From a virus: a stretch of 62,277 bases of DNA. Position 1 is the stretch's first letter. The number at the start of each line of letters is the position of its first letter. The position numbers and the translations under genes are program-made. Shown one piece after another: positions 36,806-46,664 of this stretch. The stretch is taken from IMG/VR virus record IMGVR_UViG_3300020430_000009; one strand, written 5' to 3'. The notes below the pieces were generated by a model. The model ran no database searches, was not told the origin of the DNA, and saw only the letters and a program-made list of their open reading frames with translations.

Positions 36806-39007
36806 ATGGCGATTGAAGAAGGAAGAGGCAGATCGGTACAGATTCCGAATGACATTAACGTTCTAGAAATTATACAAGTTACTGTATTTCAGAATCAAAG
36901 TTCTATTGGAAAAAGACTTTTTACCGGCCAGTTTACTTTTAGTAATAATAAAGTAACTGTAAAGACAAAAAAACCTCAGTTTAAAATAAAAGTTGAATAT
37001 GAGAAGTCGGTGTCTCGAGAAGAGTTTCAGCAGTCTGTTCCACCTGAGATATTTAATGCTGTAACTAATATTGAAGCTCAAATAAAACCTCAGATGTTAG
37101 CAACAGCTGAAAACGTAAAAGCTGAAAGAAGTTTGCTTGAAGGCGCGCCTATTAATAATATGGGTGAATCACTGGCAGGAATAAAAAGCTTATTTGCAGG
37201 AGGTAAGCCTATAAAAGCTTTCAGAAAAAAAGCAGCACCGAGCGTGTTAGAAGAAAATGCTGGTGAAGGTATTGGTGTAGTAACAAATGCACTAGCTAAT
37301 GAAACTAAAACATTATTTGGAGACACTGGAATACAACCAAAAGCTTTCTTAAAATCAGTAGTTGCAGATGGAAGCGCAAAAGCTCAACTTAGAACTTTTC
37401 AAAAAAATTTAAATCTTAAACCAGAAAAAGCAAGGCAGATATTAACTAAATTTAAACCAGCAACTGATAAGTTATCAGCATCAACTGGTAATATCTTAGA
37501 AAAAGCAATGCAAAATTTTCAATCTGGTAGAAGTCCACAAAAACAAATAACAACGCAAACTCAAAAAACTATAAAAGAAAAAACTAGTGAAATATTCAAT
37601 CAAGGCGATCCACTAAGTTCAGATATTTTTGGTAAGATATCAAAGGCGGCTGGAAGAAGTGGAACTAATATTCAAGCTGCATTGGCTGCAGTAAAAACAA
37701 AAGGTGTAAAACCTATCAACCCGCTTAGTGGTTTACCAGACATCTCTGGAGATATCAAAAATAAGTTTGGTGCATTGGCTCCTGGTGCTGTAGTTCCAAA
37801 GGGGTTTAAAGAACCTCCAAACTTTATTGAAGGTTTAGATTTTAAGACTGGAAAACCTAACTTTGATACTAACCTATCCAAGTTGATTGGTAAAAGTGAG
37901 CTTACTGCCGACGCAATAACACCATCTTTTATTAAAGATTTACAGCAGCATGCCGGCGGTTTTACTGGACTTACGACACCAAGTGATTACGCCTTCGAGG
38001 TTATTGATGGATTTAATGAATTAAAAACAGACTTTGAAACTTCTCAAAGAGGAAAAGAAGATACAAAAAGATCTATAAGAACATTAGTCATAGGCTGGAC
38101 TGCAAAAGTTTGGGGAGGACCAAAAGAAGTAAATGCGAGAAGATTACATGAACTGTCTATTGAAGCTCAAAAGAATGCTCTTGTAAAAGAATTTCAAAGT
38201 CAAGGTAATGCTGCTAGCGACGCCGTTAAAAAAGCCGATACAAAGATGAAGAATAAGCCGTTTGATTTTGGATTACAAGCACATTACGTTATTCTTACAA
38301 ATGGATCTATACAAAGAGGAAGACCTATAGACCTTACTAGATCCGAAACTATGTTTGATTTAGACGGAGTTCAACTTACTGTTGTAGCTTCTGAAAAACA
38401 TCCTGTTAACGCCGATCAACAAAGAGCGCTAGAAAACTTTACAAAATTATTTTATGAATCTTTTGAAGGTGCTAACGTCTTTGGAGATTATGAGTACGAT
38501 TTAAGATACTTAGGTCCTGGGATAGATGTTGAGGCTCTTAGAGAAAAGTTTAGTAAAGTAAATAATGTAGAGGATCCAACAAAAATAACTTCATCACCTA
38601 CTAAAAAAGAAGCCGCGTTTATCAAGCCAAAGAAGCTAGCAAAACCAGCTGAAACCGCTTTTAATTCAAAGCGTAAATTTAGTTTTGATAAAGTGGCTCA
38701 AGACTTTGATAAAATTAATCAAGTCGATGGTACTAAGATAGAAAAAGACTTAGATGCGGCTATAAGTGAAATGAATACAGGCCTTGATAAAATTTCTAGC
38801 GATGACTTTGACTTACAAGCTGAAATAGAAAAAGCTAAAAATGCTCAGAATGGTTCGATTGGTAAGTTTAATTCTGATAATATCATTAAAAATAAAACAG
38901 CAGCCATCGACAAAGCAGCTGGAGCTTTCAATAGAAATATAAAAGACGTGGCAGGTAATAACAAAATAGCCAACACCATAGCAAACAAATTAGGGTTTTT
39001 AAAATAA
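36806..39007 (+). CDS. large virion protein with degenerate amidase_2/PGRP-like domain
   Basis: AHYVILTNGSIQRGRP motif; Zn-ligand positions appear replaced. Confidence 0.55.
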   Translation: MAIEEGRGRSVQIPNDINVLEIIQVTVFQNQSSIGKRLFTGQFTFSNNKVTVKTKKPQFKIKVEYEKSVSREEFQQSVPPEIFNAVTNIEAQIKPQMLATAENVKAERSLLEGAPINNMGESLAGIKSLFAGGKPIKAFRKKAAPSVLEENAGEGIGVVTNALANETKTLFGDTGIQPKAFLKSVVADGSAKAQLRTFQKNLNLKPEKARQILTKFKPATDKLSASTGNILEKAMQNFQSGRSPQKQITTQTQKTIKEKTSEIFNQGDPLSSDIFGKISKAAGRSGTNIQAALAAVKTKGVKPINPLSGLPDISGDIKNKFGALAPGAVVPKGFKEPPNFIEGLDFKTGKPNFDTNLSKLIGKSELTADAITPSFIKDLQQHAGGFTGLTTPSDYAFEVIDGFNELKTDFETSQRGKEDTKRSIRTLVIGWTAKVWGGPKEVNARRLHELSIEAQKNALVKEFQSQGNAASDAVKKADTKMKNKPFDFGLQAHYVILTNGSIQRGRPIDLTRSETMFDLDGVQLTVVASEKHPVNADQQRALENFTKLFYESFEGANVFGDYEYDLRYLGPGIDVEALREKFSKVNNVEDPTKITSSPTKKEAAFIKPKKLAKPAETAFNSKRKFSFDKVAQDFDKINQVDGTKIEKDLDAAISEMNTGLDKISSDDFDLQAEIEKAKNAQNGSIGKFNSDNIIKNKTAAIDKAAGAFNRNIKDVAGNNKIANTIANKLGFLK

Positions 39008-40401
39008 TGACAGAAATATTCGAAAATTTAGATCAAAATGTAAATGCAGCTAAATTAAGAGAATTAGAAAATGCTCAGCATGGTTATGAAGATCCTGAAG
39101 GTGTATTTCCTAAGCCTGAGTATCTTCAAGGGTCTGGTGTAAACGACAAAGCAAGAGGTTCCAAAAGAACCAATGTATACTTAGGTGGAAGCGTTTCAGG
39201 TTTAGACTTAGAACTTGAATCTGAACCAGTGTCTTTATATCCAAATAATCAAGTTAAAGAAACAGCTTCTGGTCATATTATCGAATATGACGATACGCCA
39301 AACGCTCAAAGAGTTATGATACGTCATAGAACAGGATCAGGCGTAGAGATGAGAGCGGATGGAACTGTGATTTACAGTTCTACAAAAAATACAGTAAGAG
39401 TTACTGCAGAAGACGAGAAAGTTATCGTAGATGGTGACGGTGAACTTCACTACAATGGTAACCTTAAATTAAAAGTTGCAGGAGATTTTGACATTGAAGT
39501 TGGTGGTGACTTCAATATAAAAACTGATGGTGATTTAGAGCAAACAGTAAAAAGAGGATTTATTCAAGAGATTGCTGGAAATCAAGAAATTGAAATTGTT
39601 GGTAGCAAAACAGAACAAATTGCCGGCACTAAATCAGAAGTAATACTTGGAGATAGATTTGAAACTATCAAAGGTAATGTAACACAAATAGTTGGATCTA
39701 ACGTAACTCAAACTTATGGCGATACTTTAATTCTTACAGCAGAAAACGAAATAACACTTTCAACAAGAAGTGCTAATATCGCTTCTTCTTCTCTCTTAGT
39801 AGCAGGAGACAGTGGAACTATTGGTGGAGAAGAAATGGTAATCTATGGAAAGACCGCTCATATTCCTAGAATCAACGCAACTGAAATGACTTCAACAACT
39901 TTTAGAGGTGATTTAGTTGGTACGGCTACTCAAGCAATTGATGCTAATCAATCATTGAAAGCTTCAGTTGCAACTTCGTTAGGTGCAGGTGCTGGTACTG
40001 GTGGACATAGCGCAACTGATACTACAGCGACAAATAAGAATACAGTTCAAGTTACAAATGCCGTAGCTCAAGCTATATTAAATAATTCTCCAAAAGGGAT
40101 AAGAAGAGTTGACGTTGATGATGGTAACTTCTTAAAAGATAAAATTGATCAAACTACAAACTATGGTGGAGTATCAAAAACATTGCTCACAACTAGAGAA
40201 GCAAGATCAAAGTTAAGAGACGCTAATAATTTAAACAATGAAGAGTTTATTGGAGCGATTTTATCTGAAGGTATAATATCTCCTGGGTTTGCTAACATAG
40301 CACCTGGGAAAACCGGAAGAATAATTGGTAGTGAAAAGTCACCTATGAGACCAGATCAACCGGTTGGTAGAGCAGCCACTACTTCTAAGTTATTTACGTA
40401 A
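39007..40401 (+). CDS. gp5 C-terminal beta-helix spike protein
   Basis: YPNNQVKETASGHIIEYDDTP...HRTGS followed by V.G 8-residue repeats. Confidence 0.8.
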   Translation: MTEIFENLDQNVNAAKLRELENAQHGYEDPEGVFPKPEYLQGSGVNDKARGSKRTNVYLGGSVSGLDLELESEPVSLYPNNQVKETASGHIIEYDDTPNAQRVMIRHRTGSGVEMRADGTVIYSSTKNTVRVTAEDEKVIVDGDGELHYNGNLKLKVAGDFDIEVGGDFNIKTDGDLEQTVKRGFIQEIAGNQEIEIVGSKTEQIAGTKSEVILGDRFETIKGNVTQIVGSNVTQTYGDTLILTAENEITLSTRSANIASSSLLVAGDSGTIGGEEMVIYGKTAHIPRINATEMTSTTFRGDLVGTATQAIDANQSLKASVATSLGAGAGTGGHSATDTTATNKNTVQVTNAVAQAILNNSPKGIRRVDVDDGNFLKDKIDQTTNYGGVSKTLLTTREARSKLRDANNLNNEEFIGAILSEGIISPGFANIAPGKTGRIIGSEKSPMRPDQPVGRAATTSKLFT

Positions 40402-40413
40402 TTAGGTAAACGA

Positions 40414-41055
40414 ATGGCAAAAACATATAAGACTACATACTTTCCTGATCCAAAGTTTAATCCTTTGTTTCAAGAAGAGATAACTAGCAGAACTAGATTA
40501 GCGCCTGGGATTACTATGGCTACTTTTTTAGGAGGGCTTGGTGATCCAGTTACATTGACACATATAATCGAAGATGACGATAGAATGCGATTAGCAAAAC
40601 AATACGTGCTACAAGCTCGAGCTATGAAAGTAGTTAACTCGGCTACTTGTAGTAGAGAATTTGCTAATCATAGATTGCAAGTCGTTGAAGGCTTATACCG
40701 GGCTGAGCCGGGCGAGACTCTTGATGTCAGTGATGGAATAAATTATTTAATGTCAAGAGGACGTGCAGTAGTCTATGAACTTATAGATGAAAATGGAGAA
40801 GTAGATAATGAAAAGACATTTGACTTAGCAATATATCTTAAAAACTTATTACAATTTGATAAATTAATATTAGATTACGACATCTACAATCCTGATGGAA
40901 GTTTAAATGTACAACTAATATTAGTAATGCCAGAGATTATTCCTCCATGGACAGTGACGTATCAAAATGATGTAGAGACTAGATTTAATAATTACGTGCA
41001 GTCTACTAACGAACTAATGGAAATTTTAGATCCAAACGAAGAAATTTCGTTATAA
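40414..41055 (+). CDS. hypothetical baseplate-region protein
   Basis: 213-aa ORF between the gp5 C-terminal gene and gp25. Confidence 0.6.
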   Translation: MAKTYKTTYFPDPKFNPLFQEEITSRTRLAPGITMATFLGGLGDPVTLTHIIEDDDRMRLAKQYVLQARAMKVVNSATCSREFANHRLQVVEGLYRAEPGETLDVSDGINYLMSRGRAVVYELIDENGEVDNEKTFDLAIYLKNLLQFDKLILDYDIYNPDGSLNVQLILVMPEIIPPWTVTYQNDVETRFNNYVQSTNELMEILDPNEEISL

Positions 41056-41058
41056 ATA
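41051..41058 (+). promoter_or_regulatory. T4-type late promoter TATAAATA
   Basis: exact consensus upstream of gp25. Confidence 0.75.
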
Positions 41059-41076
41059 GACAATAAAGGAAATGTA

Positions 41077-41520
41077 ATGCCAGCAAGAGCTTTTTCGATA
41101 GAAGATGGAAATCTTGGTAACAAGACCATAACTACGGCTAGAACCGTAGGTTATCAAGACATAGACCTGTCATTTACAAAGAAGCCTTCTGGAGATATTT
41201 TTAAAAAGAGTAACGCAGCGGCAGTAAAACAAGCTGTAAGAAATTTGTTACTTACGAATTTTGCAGAGAAACCTTTCTTGCCGAGATACGGTGGTGATTT
41301 AAATTCAATGCTTTTTAGATTAAGCACGGATATTGATGATGATTCGCTAGAAGAAAGAATAATAAAGTCAATAGAAGACTTCGAACCTAGGGCTAAAATA
41401 CTTAACATAAATAGTATTATAAGTCCAGACGAGAACGAAGTAAAAGTTACGGTGTTCTTTCAGGTTGTTAATACGGCTCAACAAGTGCAAGTGGAAGTTT
41501 CTTTAACGAGGTTAAGATAA
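41077..41520 (+). CDS. gp25: baseplate wedge subunit gp25
   Basis: YQDIDLSF, AVKQAVRNLLLTN..EKPF.P.YG and FEPR motifs. Confidence 0.9.
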   Translation: MPARAFSIEDGNLGNKTITTARTVGYQDIDLSFTKKPSGDIFKKSNAAAVKQAVRNLLLTNFAEKPFLPRYGGDLNSMLFRLSTDIDDDSLEERIIKSIEDFEPRAKILNINSIISPDENEVKVTVFFQVVNTAQQVQVEVSLTRLR

Positions 41521-43350
41521 ATGGCAACAACAATTAAATCAACTCAATTAGATTTTGATACAATCAAAACTAAACTTAAAGACTTTCTTAAACAAAAAGC
41601 AGAATTTGCTGATTACGATTTTGAAGCATCTGGATTAAGCAATATACTAGACGTTTTAGCTTATAACACGCATTTTAACGGTCTTATTGGTAACTTTGCT
41701 TTGAATGAAAGTTTTCTAAATACGGCTCAGCTTAGAAGTTCAATAGTTTCTCACGCTGAAGCTTTAGGATATGTTCCAAGATCTTACTCGGCTGCTCAGG
41801 CTAAACTTAATTTGTCTCTTTCTGTGGCTTCATCAACTAGACCAACTGCAATTACGTTGCCAAGAAACACGCAGTTTACAACTTCAGTTGATGATGTTTC
41901 TTATACATTTCAAACTCGAGAAAATTTTACGGCTTTAGATGATGGAGCAGGTCTTTATCAGTTTTTAGATGGAAATGGTCAAACTGGTATTCCAGTATTT
42001 GAAGGTCAAGAAAAAACAAAAACATTCTTTGTTGGTGAAACTGGTGACTCACAAATTTACGTTATTCCAGATATTACCATGGACACCACTACTATTAGAG
42101 TGCGAGTATTCGCGACTGCGTCATCAACGGCTTTTGATACTTACACCAACATCAATAAGGCGATAAGAATAACAAACACCTCTACGCTCTTTCAAATAAA
42201 AGAAGTTCCAAATGGTTACTTTGAAGTAATATTCGGAGATGGCATATCTACTGGAAAAGCTCCAGAAGCTGGAAATAAAATTGTAATTGACTATCTTTCT
42301 ACTAAAGCTACGGCTGCTAATGGAGCTTCTTTATTCTCACCTACAACTACTGTTACCGTAGATGGAACACCAATTAATTTAACTACAGTTACTGAGAGCA
42401 ACGCATCGGGTGGAGCGTTTAAAGAAAGTATAGAATCAATAAGACAAAATGCTCCTATATCTTTCACAGCTCAAAGAAGACTTGTTACTGCAGAAGATTA
42501 TACTGCTCAAATTTTAGCAAATTATGGTTCTTTCCTAGATGACGTAACTTCATTTGGTGGAGCCGATAACGAACCTCCTCAGTTTGGAAAGGTATTTGTT
42601 GGCCTTAAGTTTAAGTCCAATATCGCCGACGATACTCAACAAAATGTTAAAGATACTATAAGAACAGAACTAACAGACAACTTAGCCATAATGTCTATTG
42701 ATACAATTTTTGTCGATCCTATAACTACAAATGTTCAGATAAATACTACTTTTAACTTAGATCCAGACTTGACAAGTTCTACGTCCAAGACAGTCGAAAA
42801 TCTAGTTCAAACAACCATCAATAACTTCTTCGCCACTAACTTAAATAAATTTAATAAAGTGTTTAGAAGATCTAACTTATTAACTCAACTAGACGCTTTG
42901 GATGAAGCTATTCTTAACTCTAAGATGGACGTAAAACTTAATCAAACGTTTACTCCATCTGTAGGAGAAACACTTCAATACACTGTTAGCTTTCCAGTAG
43001 CCATAGCTACGCCAGATGATGTTAATCACACTTTAACTACTTCAAGATTTACTTTAAATGGACAAACTTGTACTATTAAAAATCTTTTAAAGTCTACTAA
43101 ATTACAAGTTTTTAATAATGACGGTGAAGTTGTGGTAGATAATATAGGTTCATACATAGGTGCTACCGGAACTGTAACTTTTACAGGGTTTAATCCTTCC
43201 GCGTTTGAAGGCTCTGGCATAAGAGTAGATATTACTCCAGCGAATCAAAACACAATAAGACCATTACGTAATTATATTCTAGACATTGATAGAACATTAT
43301 CAACTTCTAAAGCTCAACTAGATTTTCAGAATACGCAGGTAACATTATAA
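41521..43350 (+). CDS. gp6: baseplate wedge subunit gp6
   Basis: LDFDTIK, DYDFEASGLSNILDVLAYNT, FGDG and QRRLVTAEDY motifs. Confidence 0.92.
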   Translation: MATTIKSTQLDFDTIKTKLKDFLKQKAEFADYDFEASGLSNILDVLAYNTHFNGLIGNFALNESFLNTAQLRSSIVSHAEALGYVPRSYSAAQAKLNLSLSVASSTRPTAITLPRNTQFTTSVDDVSYTFQTRENFTALDDGAGLYQFLDGNGQTGIPVFEGQEKTKTFFVGETGDSQIYVIPDITMDTTTIRVRVFATASSTAFDTYTNINKAIRITNTSTLFQIKEVPNGYFEVIFGDGISTGKAPEAGNKIVIDYLSTKATAANGASLFSPTTTVTVDGTPINLTTVTESNASGGAFKESIESIRQNAPISFTAQRRLVTAEDYTAQILANYGSFLDDVTSFGGADNEPPQFGKVFVGLKFKSNIADDTQQNVKDTIRTELTDNLAIMSIDTIFVDPITTNVQINTTFNLDPDLTSSTSKTVENLVQTTINNFFATNLNKFNKVFRRSNLLTQLDALDEAILNSKMDVKLNQTFTPSVGETLQYTVSFPVAIATPDDVNHTLTTSRFTLNGQTCTIKNLLKSTKLQVFNNDGEVVVDNIGSYIGATGTVTFTGFNPSAFEGSGIRVDITPANQNTIRPLRNYILDIDRTLSTSKAQLDFQNTQVTL

Positions 43351-43351
43351 T

Positions 43352-44305
43352 ATGTCGCAAAATCCACATCTTAATAGAAGACCTAGAAGTTTTCAAGTAA
43401 GGAAAGTCAAAGAGTCTCTTCCGGAATATTTTGCTGCAGACTTTCCAAAGCTCGTATCTTTTTTAGAAAATTACTATGAGTTTATGGACTCTGATGGTCC
43501 TCATGGATTTGGAGAAGACAATAGAAGATTATTCGATACGCGTGACATACACGCGACGCAGTCTCAGTTTTTAAACAATCTTGTATCAGAAATTGCTGGC
43601 GGCTTAAAAACTGGTGAAAACTTTTCTGACGTAAGATTTGCTCTTACAAGACTTGCGCAATTTGCTCAACATAAAGGAAGTAGATTTTCGATTGAAGAAT
43701 TTTTTAGATTATTCTTTCAACAAGCTGCAGAAGTTGAATATCCTAAGAGACAGATATTTACAGTTGGAGAGTCAGAGATTGGTGCAGAATCTCTAAAATT
43801 TATACAAAATGCCGAATTGTTTCAGATCTTTTCGTTGCTTATTAAAGTAGGTATAGATACTTCTCAGTGGAGTGAATTATATAAAAAGTTTGTACACCCT
43901 GCAGGATTTTTCTTTGCTGGAGAAGTTATACTTGAAAGAGAAGCAAGTTTAAGTCTTTTCGCTCCATTAGTTGTATCAGATTCAGCTGTTGGACCTATAT
44001 TGACTTCTGAAGCTTTACTATCTCCGGTCTCACCGTTTACTCAAATGACTGGATTAATTGATTCAGACGCTACAACATTTAGAGTAGGCTTAGACCAAAT
44101 TGTAAGTGTATATCAAAATCTTTCGGCTCAACAAATTGATAAATTTTATTCGAGTACTGCGCAACTTATTGGAGTTAACTCGTTCAAGTTTGATGATAGT
44201 GACATTGGAGACAGCGCAGGCGCAGCGAGACCTGACTTCTCGTTAACTACAGAGACTATGGACAATGAAATGTTCACTAGATACACCAGTGATTCATCTT
44301 TCTAG
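43352..44305 (+). CDS. baseplate wedge protein (short gp7-like)
   Basis: FLENYYEFM, KGSRFSIEEFFR and FVHPAGF motifs. Confidence 0.7.
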   Translation: MSQNPHLNRRPRSFQVRKVKESLPEYFAADFPKLVSFLENYYEFMDSDGPHGFGEDNRRLFDTRDIHATQSQFLNNLVSEIAGGLKTGENFSDVRFALTRLAQFAQHKGSRFSIEEFFRLFFQQAAEVEYPKRQIFTVGESEIGAESLKFIQNAELFQIFSLLIKVGIDTSQWSELYKKFVHPAGFFFAGEVILEREASLSLFAPLVVSDSAVGPILTSEALLSPVSPFTQMTGLIDSDATTFRVGLDQIVSVYQNLSAQQIDKFYSSTAQLIGVNSFKFDDSDIGDSAGAARPDFSLTTETMDNEMFTRYTSDSSF

Positions 44306-44313
44306 TATAAATA
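44306..44313 (+). promoter_or_regulatory. T4-type late promoter TATAAATA
   Basis: exact consensus upstream of 44336. Confidence 0.75.
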
Positions 44314-44335
44314 GAACAATATATCAGGAATTAAA

Positions 44336-45277
44336 ATGACTAGGCAAAACATTAATATTGGTAGTTCAGCGAATGATGGTACAGGAGATACCCTTCGTAC
44401 CGCTGGAACTAAAATAAATCAAAATTTAATAGAACTATACACCAGACTTGGTGGAGATAGTGCTACGCTTTCAACTGGAGTATCGTTTACAGATAGCGCG
44501 GTTGTTTTTGAAGGAGCTTCTACAGACTCTCATGAAACGTTCTTGATAGCTACAGATCCTACAGCCGATAGAACGATAAGTCTACCAAACGCTACTGGTA
44601 CTGTAGTGTTAAAAGATACCACTGACACATTAACGAATAAGACGTTAACCGCACCAATCATATCAACTATTTCAAATACTGGTACGATTACGTTGCCAAC
44701 TTCTACTGACACATTAGTAGGCAGAGCTACAACAGACACTTTAACAAATAAAACCCTAACATCACCTACGATTTATAGACCTAAGATTCAGCAATCGATA
44801 ATTGATTCAGCTGGAGCTACTATGATTAATCTAACTTCTACTTCAAGTGCTGTTAATAATCTAAAGATAACTAACCAAGTGTCTGGAAGTAATCCAACGG
44901 TTCAAGCTGAAGGAACTGATACAAATATTAACTTAAAACTAAACGGGCAAGGGAAAGGTTCTGTAGAAGTAGCTAAACTTGCTTATACTTCTGTCACAGA
45001 AACGGCAGATGGAGCGGTAGATTCTGCAGCCTCACTTATTGTTTGTAATAAGTCTGGCTCGCTTGCCTTAGCTTTAGGCCCAGGAACTACTGCAGGAGAG
45101 TTTAAAATTTTTACAAACATTGGAACTGGTACCGCAACAATTACTCCGCACCCTTTTGCTCAAGGTACCTCTTTTGATGTAACACAGAATAATGCAACAC
45201 AGTGTATATGGAATGGAACCAGCTGGTTTATGTTAGCTGGCGCGGACTCAGCCAGCACTGGTGTAACAATTACGTAG
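44336..45277 (+). CDS. baseplate / tail-fibre connector (gp9/gp10-like N-terminus)
   Basis: INIGSSANDGTGDTLRTAGTKINQN; TDTLTNKTLT repeats. Confidence 0.75.
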   Translation: MTRQNINIGSSANDGTGDTLRTAGTKINQNLIELYTRLGGDSATLSTGVSFTDSAVVFEGASTDSHETFLIATDPTADRTISLPNATGTVVLKDTTDTLTNKTLTAPIISTISNTGTITLPTSTDTLVGRATTDTLTNKTLTSPTIYRPKIQQSIIDSAGATMINLTSTSSAVNNLKITNQVSGSNPTVQAEGTDTNINLKLNGQGKGSVEVAKLAYTSVTETADGAVDSAASLIVCNKSGSLALALGPGTTAGEFKIFTNIGTGTATITPHPFAQGTSFDVTQNNATQCIWNGTSWFMLAGADSASTGVTIT

Positions 45278-45286
45278 AGATAAAAA

Positions 45287-46654
45287 ATGACAGCAATTAT
45301 TACAGATCCTCTAAAAAGACAATTAACTCAAACTATTTTTAACGAGGTTACAGCAGCAACTGCTAGATACTACATTGGAATTGGTAGGTCGGAAGCGTGG
45401 GACAGTGCGGAGACTGTTCCAACTCCACTAGACAATCCAAGATCTATTAGAAACGCTCGAGCATCTATGCAGTCTATAAAAACAGCAGGAGATGTTACTT
45501 TTACTATTCCTAGATATAACTGGTCTTCAGGCGCGATATACAATGGCTTTGACGATAATCTTACAGAGATTCCAGCTACAAATCAATACTACGTTCTTAC
45601 AGAAGATAACCAAGTTTATATAGTACTTCAAGGTGGTAAAGACGCAAATGGTAATTCTGCTGCTTCTACTGTAAAACCAACTGGAACTTCTGTAAAACCA
45701 TTTAAAACTGCAGATGGTTACGTATGGAAATTTCTATTTGCTCTTAGCGCAACAAGAGCGAGTAAGTTCTTATCAGCAAACTTCGTACCAGTAGAAAAAA
45801 TTATAGGATCTGGTTCAACTTCACTAGAAATACAACAAAAAGCTGTTCAAGACGCTGCATCAGCTGGTCAAATAATTGGGGTGGCATTAACTGCAGGCGG
45901 AAGTGGTTATACTTCAGCTCCGACGATAACAATTGATGGAGATGGAAAGGCCGCAGCTGCTACAGCAACTGTTTCTGGTGGAGCAGTAGTAAAAATTGAA
46001 TTAGACTCAAGCGCAGACAGTGCTATAACTATGGGGCACGGGTATAATTTTGCAAGTGTGTCTATAACTGGTGGTGGTGGTTCCGGGGCAGCAGCCCGTG
46101 CAATCATCGGACCAGATAGCGGAATGGGCGCAGACTGTAGAAACGAACTTAAAGCTACTTCTCTTATGTTCAACACAAAACCAGCAGGAACAGAAACAGG
46201 AGATTTTGTAGTAGGTAATGATTTTAGACAAATTGTACTTATGAGAAATCCAAGAAAAGGAACTGTAGATTCCGACTTTACGGCAGCCACTGGTAGAGTT
46301 TTAAAGTTTTTACAAGTGACGAGTAACACAGACGCTGCAAACTTTACAGTTGATACTGAAATAACAGGTGGTTCAACTGGAGCTAAAGCTTATATCGATG
46401 ATATAGATAGCGATAAAGTATACTATCACCAAGCAGAAGAGACTGGATTTAAACCTTTTCAAGAAGGTGAAACTATATCTGGTGGCGGTAACTCGGCAAA
46501 CTTAGTAGCAGTCGGTGTAGATGCAGACAGTGATGCGTTTACGAGAGATGATGTCTTAAATACTAGTGGAGAAATATTATACATAGAAAATAGAGCACCA
46601 GTAGTACGAGCGTCTAATCAAACAGAAGATATAAAAATTGTAGTAACACTATAA
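45287..46654 (+). CDS. gp8: baseplate wedge subunit gp8
   Basis: IPRYNWSSG, TADGYVWKFL, NDFRQI and SGEILYIENR...EDIKIV motifs. Confidence 0.85.
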   Translation: MTAIITDPLKRQLTQTIFNEVTAATARYYIGIGRSEAWDSAETVPTPLDNPRSIRNARASMQSIKTAGDVTFTIPRYNWSSGAIYNGFDDNLTEIPATNQYYVLTEDNQVYIVLQGGKDANGNSAASTVKPTGTSVKPFKTADGYVWKFLFALSATRASKFLSANFVPVEKIIGSGSTSLEIQQKAVQDAASAGQIIGVALTAGGSGYTSAPTITIDGDGKAAAATATVSGGAVVKIELDSSADSAITMGHGYNFASVSITGGGGSGAAARAIIGPDSGMGADCRNELKATSLMFNTKPAGTETGDFVVGNDFRQIVLMRNPRKGTVDSDFTAATGRVLKFLQVTSNTDAANFTVDTEITGGSTGAKAYIDDIDSDKVYYHQAEETGFKPFQEGETISGGGNSANLVAVGVDADSDAFTRDDVLNTSGEILYIENRAPVVRASNQTEDIKIVVTL

Positions 46655-46664
46655 GGCGAAAATA

